Shown piece by piece: positions 53,502-61,712 of a stretch of DNA of 64,000 bases (position 1 is the first letter of the stretch; the number at the start of each line of letters is the position of its first letter). Location of the stretch: contig CBDFJQ010000002.1 in assembly GCA_965248575.1 (NCBI GenBank), forward strand, positions 2,816,001 through 2,880,000, read 5' to 3'. The notes under the pieces are model-generated. The model had not been told where the DNA came from. It saw only the letters and a list, made by a program, of their open reading frames with translations, and did no database searches. Origin of the DNA: Planctomycetota bacterium (GTDB lineage: Bacteria; Planctomycetota; B15-G4). Position numbers and translations under genes: made by a program.

Positions 53502-55451
53502 ATGGATCCAGCGACCATCACCGCTGTAGTTGCCGCAGCAAAAGCTTCGGCATCCCTCGTCAGCGCATTCAAGAAAATGCGGACCGGCCACAAGGGTTAC
53601 GAGATCGTCGTTGATACTTCCGCGCAAGAGCAGGCGCTGTCTCGGCACCTCACATTCGTTTCATCGTGGGCATCCACAACAACTGTTCACGGCTTGACCA
53701 AAGCGCTCAATCGAATGTACGTCTCACTGGAGCTCTACGAAGGAGAGTCCCGGCGATCCTCAACTGAGGAACGAAGGCTGCCCGTTCTTTCACTCCTGGA
53801 AGAAGGCGAAAGTTCAATCATTCTAGGTGGGCCAGGAGCGGGTAAGAGCACCTCCTTGCAGCGACTAGCCAATCACTTGTTGACATGTGAGCCAACTGAA
53901 CGCGAACAAGATCTTCGATTTCCCATAGTCTTACGCGTTCGTGATCTCGACAAAACTGAGTCTATAACCGAGGGAATTCTCTCAGCAGTAGGAATCCGGA
54001 TCTGGCTCGACGTACCAGACGACCTCCGAAACAAAGATACGTTTCGTTCCGAGGAGCAGCGAATCAGGGAATCGGCGCTCTCGAAGTATCTCTCAGAGGC
54101 GAAGCCCCTAGTACTCATTGACGGGTTGGACGAATCCGACGCACACGCAGCTGTGCGTATTGCCCGCGAATCGGACCGCCTCATCAATCAGACCGACACC
54201 ATGTTCATCATGACATGCAGACATGGAGCGTATACGACGAAGATTGACTCGCTCAAGCCGTACAGCATCGAGCGATTCACGAAGACTCAGCTCGAGAGCT
54301 TCGCCAAGAGATGGTGGATAGACGATTCAGATAAGTCCGAGGCCTTCCTCAGCTGCCTTGAAGAGAAACCGTATCGAGGGCTGGCGACTACCCCACTCCA
54401 CGCAACGAACTTCTGCATGCTCTTCGATGCTAACGGCGATCTACCCGAGGAAAACACCCGGGTCTATGAACGCATCGTCGACATTCGGGTTCGAGTCTGG
54501 GATCTCGACAGAGGAATCTCTCGACGCAGCTCAACACCCGGGTTCGACCCAGATCAGAAGAGGCGGTTCCTTTCAAACTTGGCGTTTGAGTTTGTGAAGC
54601 TGGATCATGCTCCAACATTCAGCGTCAACAGGTTCCTTGCAACCTTCGACCGCTTGAAGTCGCGATTTCGACTAGAAAAAGCAGCTCCGCGTGAAATCCT
54701 CAGCGAAATTGAATCGCACACGGGCTTGATCTACCTCAGTGGATTCGAGCAGTACGATTTCATGCACAAGTCGATTCAAGAATTCTTGCTCGGCAAGTAC
54801 CTCGCCAGCATCCCCCTTTTGTCAGAGTATCAAGCATTCCTGCGAAACACTCCGGACGCGTGCGCTTTGGGAACGGTTCTTTCAGAAGACCCCGATTCGT
54901 TCATTGCATGCCTTTGGAAAGCGGTGCCTGGTCCAAGCAGGTCCCGAGAGCCTTGGGCCAGCGTCTTCCTATTCTGGAACCAGTACTTCCTGAGGCTTGT
55001 CGAGGAACACGCCGTTTTTAGAGGAAACAAGATACTTGGACTCGCCATTCTGGGCGTTGTCTCAGACTGCTTCTCCCGCCACAGGCCGGGAACCCCTGAG
55101 TTCAACGATCACGTCCGCACCGCACTGCGTCGACAGAACCAAGAGGAACTCAAGACATCCAAGAAGAAGCCGAAGCACGGTGAGAAGGAAAAACGGATGA
55201 AGGCTGCCCAGGAGCTCGAAGAGGCAGGAACTCAAATCCTCTCGACAGTCCAACGGGCACTTGCTCTTCCAGGAGTTGGTGAGGGCATCTCAGCGATCAT
55301 TGAACGAGCTTTCGAATTGACGGATGAGACGCTCGACGGCTGGGGAACAACATGGGTCAGAATCTCGTCCACTCGAAAGGTGGGAATCTCCGACTCCATT
55401 GGTGAGTTCGCATACCCAGAGGGTCTCTGGGTTCCCACCGAGTGGATCTGA
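53502..55451 (+). CDS. NACHT-family STAND NTPase in a low-GC segment
   Basis: Walker A GGPGAGKST, Walker B VLIDGLDE, TCR sensor, TPL, FMHKSIQEFL; AAGGAG SD before ATG 53502. Confidence 0.9.
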   Translation: MDPATITAVVAAAKASASLVSAFKKMRTGHKGYEIVVDTSAQEQALSRHLTFVSSWASTTTVHGLTKALNRMYVSLELYEGESRRSSTEERRLPVLSLLEEGESSIILGGPGAGKSTSLQRLANHLLTCEPTEREQDLRFPIVLRVRDLDKTESITEGILSAVGIRIWLDVPDDLRNKDTFRSEEQRIRESALSKYLSEAKPLVLIDGLDESDAHAAVRIARESDRLINQTDTMFIMTCRHGAYTTKIDSLKPYSIERFTKTQLESFAKRWWIDDSDKSEAFLSCLEEKPYRGLATTPLHATNFCMLFDANGDLPEENTRVYERIVDIRVRVWDLDRGISRRSSTPGFDPDQKRRFLSNLAFEFVKLDHAPTFSVNRFLATFDRLKSRFRLEKAAPREILSEIESHTGLIYLSGFEQYDFMHKSIQEFLLGKYLASIPLLSEYQAFLRNTPDACALGTVLSEDPDSFIACLWKAVPGPSRSREPWASVFLFWNQYFLRLVEEHAVFRGNKILGLAILGVVSDCFSRHRPGTPEFNDHVRTALRRQNQEELKTSKKKPKHGEKEKRMKAAQELEEAGTQILSTVQRALALPGVGEGISAIIERAFELTDETLDGWGTTWVRISSTRKVGISDSIGEFAYPEGLWVPTEWI

Positions 55452-55655
55452 GGAGGGCGGGTTCGGCAGATTGCTTCAGGAGTCGAGCGGGAAGCCATCC
55501 GGTGCCCCCCTTCTGTGTCTCGCCTTTCCAGATCCAGACGGGCGGTTCGTCGGAACAGACGACGGCCGATGCAGACACTTGCCTAGCTGGGATCCACTGG
55601 GGGGGGGAGCAGATTATCTTCAAAATGGCCGAACTCCATGAAATTCGATCGCTTG

Positions 55656-55694
55656 ATATCGAATAACACCACGCAACATATCGTTTTTCAATAT
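55656..55694. promoter_or_regulatory. Putative operator for the downstream XRE regulator
   Basis: Imperfect palindrome ATATCG-N5-CAATAT (55678-55694) and a second ATATCG 22 bp upstream (55656), overlapping a TTGATA -35-like hexamer. Confidence 0.5.
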
Positions 55695-55738
55695 CCTCCA
55701 AAGCCATCAGAGCCCCATCGCTCCAGGAGCCGCCTGCC

Positions 55739-56371
55739 ATGCCCACCAAGCTCTACATCCGCTTCCTCTACTTCATCTCGCAGATCGCCCTGGTGTTGTA
55801 CGTCGCCAGCTTTCTGGCGATCGCCGTCTGGTACGCCCCGACCCTGGTCGGAATGCAGGACTCGGCACCTTGGGAGCCGCCGGGCATCAGCGTCCCGGTG
55901 GAGGTCTCGGTCCACAAGCCGTCCTGGCGGGTGGAGCCCATGGCCCACGACGGGAGCCCGGCCGAACTCAAGGACTTGAAGGGCGAGCTGCTGATCCATC
56001 CCAGCTCCCCTGAGACCTTCGTGCGCCTGATGCTGCCAGCTCTCGCCACGATGATCATCGGTTTCGTTGGCCTGTGGACCCTGCGCAACATCCTGCGCGA
56101 TGTGCGGCACGGCGACCCGTTCACCCTGGCCAACGTGCGTCGCATCGCGACCCTGGCGATGATGGTCTTGGCAAACGAACTCGCGGGCTTCTTCAGCCCC
56201 CAGTTCCTCGACTCCCTGATGCGCGAGTCGCTGGTGGTGCCTGGCTTGACCCTGGGGTTCAAAGGAGAGGTCAACAGCACGGCGGGCCTCTTCGCCTTCC
56301 TGCTGCTCACCCTCGCCGAGGTCTTCCACCACGGCCTCAGCCTCGAGGAGGATCAGACCCTCACGGTCTGA
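55739..56371 (+). CDS. DUF2975 domain membrane protein
   Basis: Four TM helices; GDPFTLANVRRI; LAEVFHHGLSLEEDQTLTV C-terminus. Confidence 0.88.
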   Translation: MPTKLYIRFLYFISQIALVLYVASFLAIAVWYAPTLVGMQDSAPWEPPGISVPVEVSVHKPSWRVEPMAHDGSPAELKDLKGELLIHPSSPETFVRLMLPALATMIIGFVGLWTLRNILRDVRHGDPFTLANVRRIATLAMMVLANELAGFFSPQFLDSLMRESLVVPGLTLGFKGEVNSTAGLFAFLLLTLAEVFHHGLSLEEDQTLTV

Positions 56372-56382
56372 TGCGCCGAGCC

Positions 56383-56598
56383 ATGCCAATCATCGTACGA
56401 CTCGACGTGATGCTCGCGTTGCGCAAACGCAGCCTGTCCGACCTCTCGCAGGAGGTGGGCGTCACCCCCGCCAACCTCTCGATCCTCAAGAACGGGCGCG
56501 CGAAGGCCGTGCGCTTCTCGACTCTGGAAGCGATCTGCGATGCGCTGGATTGCCAGCCGGGGGATCTCTTGGAGTGGGAGGCGGCGGAGGAAGGCTAG
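56383..56598 (+). CDS. XRE-family HTH regulator (YozG-like)
   Basis: MPIIVRLDVMLA...ANLSILKNGRAKAVRFSTLEAICDALDCQPGDLL. Confidence 0.93.
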   Translation: MPIIVRLDVMLALRKRSLSDLSQEVGVTPANLSILKNGRAKAVRFSTLEAICDALDCQPGDLLEWEAAEEG

Positions 56599-56605
56599 GC
56601 GGCCA

Positions 56606-57370
56606 CTACTCGCATTTGCAATTCGCGACTTCCTTGGTGCCCAGCTTCTGCCCGCCTATCTCGATGTCTTCGACATCTTCCTCGATAACACAACTCTTCG
56701 TGCAGGTGTTCACGGTGCACTTGATGCACAAGATCGTATGCATCACGACCAAGGGTGGACCGGTGAGAGTGGTTGTCAGCGTGACTTTGGTGTAGCCCTT
56801 TGGGCACTCGCCTTGCTGATTGGACGAAGCTTGCGACTTGTGACACTCCGGGCCCTTGGGTAGCTGAAGAAGGGGGACCGGAGCGCCCGCCTCGATAAAC
56901 CGCAGAACGAGCGTCGGTACAGGGCCAGGCGGTAGACGGACGAGTCCTGGCACGAACGAGAGCAGTTCCCGGTCCGTGCCACCCCGACGATGTCGAACGA
57001 CCACCCGTTCGAAGGCGCTCATCTCCCAAGCTCGTAAGCGAACAGTCACCGTGGGCGTCACTTCCACAGATTCCAGAACGATGGCCTTCGCAGACCCTGC
57101 GGGAATCCCGGCGACCTCGACCCGCCCCGTTGGTGGAATTCCCGTCGAGGGGGGAAGGTGCAGATCGATGACCCCCGCTGAGACGTGTTCATACCAGACG
57201 TTGTGCAACGCGACATCGACATCGAACCAACGGGGCGAATCCCCCTCGCAAAGGATCACGATGGCGCCAGAGGAAACGGACACGATCGGTGGCACACCTT
57301 CTTCCGGCATGCTTCCCTGGGCAGCACTGGCCACCACCAAGCACATCCCGCTCAAGAGCTTCCTCAACAT
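56606..57370 (-). CDS. Secreted hypothetical protein with an 8-Cys C-terminal domain
   Basis: Signal peptide MLRKLLSGMCLVVASAAQG; C-terminal ~80 aa carry 8 Cys and end in CKCE. Confidence 0.6.
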   Translation of the reverse strand: MLRKLLSGMCLVVASAAQGSMPEEGVPPIVSVSSGAIVILCEGDSPRWFDVDVALHNVWYEHVSAGVIDLHLPPSTGIPPTGRVEVAGIPAGSAKAIVLESVEVTPTVTVRLRAWEMSAFERVVVRHRRGGTDRELLSFVPGLVRLPPGPVPTLVLRFIEAGAPVPLLQLPKGPECHKSQASSNQQGECPKGYTKVTLTTTLTGPPLVVMHTILCIKCTVNTCTKSCVIEEDVEDIEIGGQKLGTKEVANCKCE

Positions 57371-57592
57371 CTGGGCCCCCCTTGTCTCTCGCACTCCCCC
57401 CCGGAAGCCATGCGCTGCACCGTGTCGCCCGCAACCACAGAATCCTACGCCTGCACGCGCTGGGGAACGAATGTCCCGAATCTTGGGGCGAAACCTCCCG
57501 CATCGCTTGGGTCGTGCAGCGTCACGAGGAAGTCGGAAGCCCGGACGTGCAGGTCGTTCCCACCGAACTTCTTGATGGTGTTGCCATAGACG

Positions 57593-58099
57593 ATGGCTGA
57601 AGAAACGGACGAATCACCTTGCGGCCGCCTCACGTGGATCGGCCTCCGCCCGCGCAAAGGCGATGCTCCCCGGGCCGTCGACTCTGCCACGGTCGTTGTG
57701 GGCCAGGGCCTCGAAGGGGATCACTTTCGCGGTCTGCCTGGCGGGGCGGGGACGCGACAGGTGACGCTCATCTCGGCCTCCGCCTTGCTCGAAGCTGCGC
57801 ACCTACTCGGGCACGAACATCCCATCGACCCGGGGCTGGCGCGACGCAACCTCGTGCTGGAGGGCTTGGACGTAGCGGGGCTTCGGAATCAGCGCTTTCG
57901 CATCGGTCGCGAAGTCGTCCTGGAAACCACCGGCGGCTGCCCGCCCTGCGACAAGATGGAGGCCAACCTCGGGCCAGGGGGCAAGCTGGCGTTGAGCGGC
58001 CTCGGAGGGATTACCGCGCGGGTGACCTGCGGCGGGAGAGTGCAGCTCGGCGATGCGGTGGAGGTTCTAGGCACACGCGAAGACCCAGGCAGGGCCTGA
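57593..58099 (+). CDS. MOSC domain protein
   Basis: GLEGDH, RQVTLI, RRNLVLEG, CPPC, GITARV. Confidence 0.9.
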   Translation: MAEETDESPCGRLTWIGLRPRKGDAPRAVDSATVVVGQGLEGDHFRGLPGGAGTRQVTLISASALLEAAHLLGHEHPIDPGLARRNLVLEGLDVAGLRNQRFRIGREVVLETTGGCPPCDKMEANLGPGGKLALSGLGGITARVTCGGRVQLGDAVEVLGTREDPGRA

Positions 58100-58121
58100 G
58101 CCGCGTGCCGACCAAGAGCAC

Positions 58122-58805
58122 CTACCGCCCAGGCAACTGCACCAACCCCCACTCTTCGTACAGCCGCGCATAGTCGTTGTCCGTGGGGTCGGCGATCTCG
58201 AACAGATGCCCGCCCATTGCCAGGATCGCCAGGAACATCACGACGGCCCCTGCCCCGACCGGCACCCAAAAACCCCAGCCCTCCCGCAGGCCGCGCGGCA
58301 GCTTCACGCCCAACACCCCCGCAGCCGTCACCAAGCCGTTGAGCCCGTGATAGAGCCCGCACACGGACAGCAGCAGATAGTAGGGATAGAACATCAACGG
58401 CATCCACCAGAGCGAGAACGCGAGCCCGCCGAACATCGGTGAGGCATCGAAGAAGGCGCCCGACCCGCGCGTGGCGAACACGTGCCCGAGGATGACCAAC
58501 AGCAGGAACCAGCCGCTGTAGCGGTGGAGCCGTGCGCGCAGGGGCTGGGTCGGGCGGCGCAAACCGTTGCGCTTCAACCGCAGCAGCGCGGCGAACAGGT
58601 GCACCACCAAAGGCGTGAACACCAACAACAGTTCAGCGGCAGGGTGCTGGTAGACCTCGCGGGCCGAACGCTGGAAACCGTCGTAGGCCTCGGCGCCTCG
58701 GATCGCGGTCGCCGTGTTCACCAGGTGCACACCCAGGAACGCACTGAAGAGCGCGCCCGACAGGCACTGGATGCGCAGCAGCCGCGTCTCGCTGTCCGGT
58801 GTCAC
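58122..58805 (-). CDS. Polytopic membrane protein with conserved TM histidines (SdhC cytochrome b / DUF1691-like)
   Basis: FLGVHLVNT, LVVHLFAA, ILGHVFATR, GLYHGLNG; starts 3 nt after the sigma factor stop. Confidence 0.7.
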   Translation of the reverse strand: MTPDSETRLLRIQCLSGALFSAFLGVHLVNTATAIRGAEAYDGFQRSAREVYQHPAAELLLVFTPLVVHLFAALLRLKRNGLRRPTQPLRARLHRYSGWFLLLVILGHVFATRGSGAFFDASPMFGGLAFSLWWMPLMFYPYYLLLSVCGLYHGLNGLVTAAGVLGVKLPRGLREGWGFWVPVGAGAVVMFLAILAMGGHLFEIADPTDNDYARLYEEWGLVQLPGR

Positions 58806-58808
58806 GTC

Positions 58809-59405
58809 CTATCCCAGGAGGTCTTCGACCCAGGCCATCCCTCGCAGCTTCTCCCGCAAGCGCTGCCAGCGCTTGATGACCGCCGCCTCACTCAGGTCCA
58901 GCCGTGTCGCCGTCTCGGCGCATGTGAGACCCTCCAGCCCGCAGTGGATGAGCAGCTGTCGGTCGTCAACGGACAACTCGCCGACGCGCTGCACACAAGC
59001 GGCCACTGCCTCGTCCTTCCCCAGGCGCACGGACAGCGAGGTCACACCGTCGGGCACATTGGCCAGCGCGAAGAGGCGAGTCGTCGGCCCGCCTTCGGCC
59101 GCCGCGAAGGGCTGGCGTCTCAGCTTGCGGAACCCCTCCAACAACACGTTCTTGGCGATGGTGAAGATCCACGCGCGGAAGCTGCGCGACGTCGGATCAA
59201 AGCGGGGGAAGGCCGAGACCGAACGCATCCAGACCTCCTGCACGAGATCCTGGGGGTCCACGTACAACTGCATCGAGCGCCGGATGCGCAGGTGCGCCCA
59301 CGCACAGAGCGCCGGCGCCACCCGTTCGTAGAGCGCGGCGAAATCCGCCTGATCGCCAGACTGTGCGCCCGCGGCCAGCTGGGCGGTGAGGGGCTCGGTC
59401 GACAT
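58809..59405 (-). CDS. ECF sigma factor (planctomycete-like)
   Basis: VDPQDLVQEVW, FRAWIFTIAKN, region 4 EGLTCAETATRLDLSEAAVIKRWQR. Confidence 0.88.
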   Translation of the reverse strand: MSTEPLTAQLAAGAQSGDQADFAALYERVAPALCAWAHLRIRRSMQLYVDPQDLVQEVWMRSVSAFPRFDPTSRSFRAWIFTIAKNVLLEGFRKLRRQPFAAAEGGPTTRLFALANVPDGVTSLSVRLGKDEAVAACVQRVGELSVDDRQLLIHCGLEGLTCAETATRLDLSEAAVIKRWQRLREKLRGMAWVEDLLG

Positions 59406-59654
59406 GCTCGCGGTCACTTTCGATGGGTGGAGAGGTGGGCGGCGGGATGCAGCCTCGACCAGGGCGTGCCGCCCGTCAAGCGCCCCGTGACCTACTGGAG
59501 CGACAGAAGACGCAGGGCGTCCCGATTTTCTTTTCGTGCCCTGTCCACCAACCGGCCTCCTTTGTCACTACATCCCTGAAGAGACAGGGCAGCCCGTATG
59601 CTGCCCTTCCCGAAGTCCAGACGCAGGAACCGTGCCAAAGGGAGGCACACAACC

Positions 59655-61712
59655 GTGGATCTCGAACAAAGCTCATCGCTGGTCTTCGATTTCGTCGACC
59701 GTCTGCTGGACGACGTCGAGCGGGGAGAGGTCCGTCCGCTGCATGAATACCTGCCGCGCTACCCGGGCTGCGAAGAGGAGATCTCCAAGGAGTACTTCGC
59801 CCTGCTGAAGGTGCCGGACGAGCAGCCCAGCCCCACCGAGCTGCGCGTCGGACCCTACCGCCTGGTCCGTCAACTGGGGCGCGGTGGGCAGGGCGTCGTC
59901 TGGCTGGCGGAGGACTCACGCTTCGTTCGACAAGTCGCCCTCAAGATGCTCGCGGCGCCGCTGGGCACCATCCCCGAACGACAACGGGAACGCCTGCGTC
60001 GCGAAGCGGAGGTGGTCTCGCGCCTGGATCACCCGGATATCTGCTCCGTCTACGAAGCGGACCTCTCGGGCGAAGTCCCCTATGTGTCCATGCGATTCGT
60101 TCCGGGCGACACCCTGGCCTCGGTGATCGCCGCCTCGGTGACCGACAACTCAGCAAGCAGCAAGCGAGAGCCTGGCGCGACCACAGCTCCGGACATCCAG
60201 CAAACCACCCGGACGTTCGAGCGCATTGCCAGGGCGCTGCACGCAGCCCACGAAGCAGGGGTGGTGCACCGCGACGTCAAGCCCGGCAACATCATGATCA
60301 CCCCCGAGGGTGCACCCGTGCTGCTGGACTTCGGTCTCGCGCGCACTCTCCTGGAGCACGGGGCCGACGAACAGACGGCGCTCACCGCCTCCGGCGAAGT
60401 CTTCGGGACGCTGGCCTACATGGCTCCGGAGCAACACGGGACCGACCCCGAAGCCGCCCGGGATCGGCGCGTCGATGTGTATGCCCTGGGCGTCACCCTC
60501 TACGAAACGCTGACCGGGAAGTGTCCCTTTCATGCGCCCAGTTCGCGGGGGTTGCTGGAGGCAGTGCTGCGCGGCGAGGCTCTCGCTCCGCGTCGTCTGA
60601 ACCCGAACATTCCGCGCGATCTGGAAGCGGTCTGTCTCACGGCCATGGCGCCCGAAAGCGGACGCCGCTACGCCACGGCGGCGGCCTTTGCCGAGGACCT
60701 CCAGGCCGTGCTCGATGGGCGCCCCGTGACGGCGCGGCCCCGCTCCGCCTCGACGCTGCTCATGCGCCGTGCGTCGCGCCATCCGTGGACGACCGGCGCC
60801 ACCGCGGCGCTGGTGCTGATCAGTCTCATCTCGGTAATTCTGGCTCAGGGTTGGCAGGACGAGGTCGTCGCCCGGGAGCAACGCCACGAGCAGCAGACCG
60901 CCGCCCACGCCGCGTTCTTGCGGCTGCGCGATGCCCATCGCGAGGACCGCACGCCAGATCCTGTGGACGAAGCGGTCGTGCAGCGCTTCATTCCCACGGA
61001 CGCCACCCTCGAACGGCAGGTCATCCTGGGCTCACCCCTCTCACGCGATGCGGCTGACCTCTTCGTGCGCTATGCCGCCGATGCCACGCGCGGAACGGCG
61101 GGTGGCCTGCAGGCGCGCTACCCCACGGGCGTCGTGGCCGAACCTGTTCCTCAGTTCACCCTCGCTGGAGAGGCGGCCGAGCTGGATCGACGTCTCAGCA
61201 TCCTGCTCGAACAACCGGGCAGCGGAATGGCCGCCATGACACACGAAGTGACTTGGCCGGCGGGACGCTTGTCCATGAGCTGGCAGCTGCCCATCGCTCC
61301 CCCCCTCGCCCCTGGCTACTGGCGTTGGTCGGTACGCGAGGCCGAGGCCATGGCTGAGGCCGCCCCGCTCGTGTCGGCGGTGTTCCAGGTGGTGGATCTG
61401 GAGGCGCCTCAACAGTTGCTCGCCGATCTGCCGACCCTTGGAAACCGATCACTGGACGCCGAGCTGCGCGTCGTGCACTTGTTGCACGCTGGCTTCGGGC
61501 AGGCCGCTCTCGATGAGCTCGCCAAGCTCCAGCAACTCGAGGCCGGTGCGCCGCAATCTCCGGCGAGCGACGAGGCCACGGATCTCTCGTCCGACGACCG
61601 CGCCCGACGACTGCTGCTCTCCGCCTGGGCCTCGGGGCTGCTCGGTCGCACCGAAACGGTCAACGCCCTGCGAGCCGAGTGGCTGGAACTGCGACGGAGC
61701 GCGCGCCCTTGA
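59655..61712 (+). CDS. Membrane Ser/Thr protein kinase with extracytoplasmic C-terminal domain
   Basis: GRGGQGVV, VALK, HRDVKPGN, DFGLA, GTLAYMAPE, DVYALG; TM near WTTGATAALVLISLISVILA; GGAGG SD before GTG 59655. Confidence 0.93.
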   Translation: MDLEQSSSLVFDFVDRLLDDVERGEVRPLHEYLPRYPGCEEEISKEYFALLKVPDEQPSPTELRVGPYRLVRQLGRGGQGVVWLAEDSRFVRQVALKMLAAPLGTIPERQRERLRREAEVVSRLDHPDICSVYEADLSGEVPYVSMRFVPGDTLASVIAASVTDNSASSKREPGATTAPDIQQTTRTFERIARALHAAHEAGVVHRDVKPGNIMITPEGAPVLLDFGLARTLLEHGADEQTALTASGEVFGTLAYMAPEQHGTDPEAARDRRVDVYALGVTLYETLTGKCPFHAPSSRGLLEAVLRGEALAPRRLNPNIPRDLEAVCLTAMAPESGRRYATAAAFAEDLQAVLDGRPVTARPRSASTLLMRRASRHPWTTGATAALVLISLISVILAQGWQDEVVAREQRHEQQTAAHAAFLRLRDAHREDRTPDPVDEAVVQRFIPTDATLERQVILGSPLSRDAADLFVRYAADATRGTAGGLQARYPTGVVAEPVPQFTLAGEAAELDRRLSILLEQPGSGMAAMTHEVTWPAGRLSMSWQLPIAPPLAPGYWRWSVREAEAMAEAAPLVSAVFQVVDLEAPQQLLADLPTLGNRSLDAELRVVHLLHAGFGQAALDELAKLQQLEAGAPQSPASDEATDLSSDDRARRLLLSAWASGLLGRTETVNALRAEWLELRRSARP

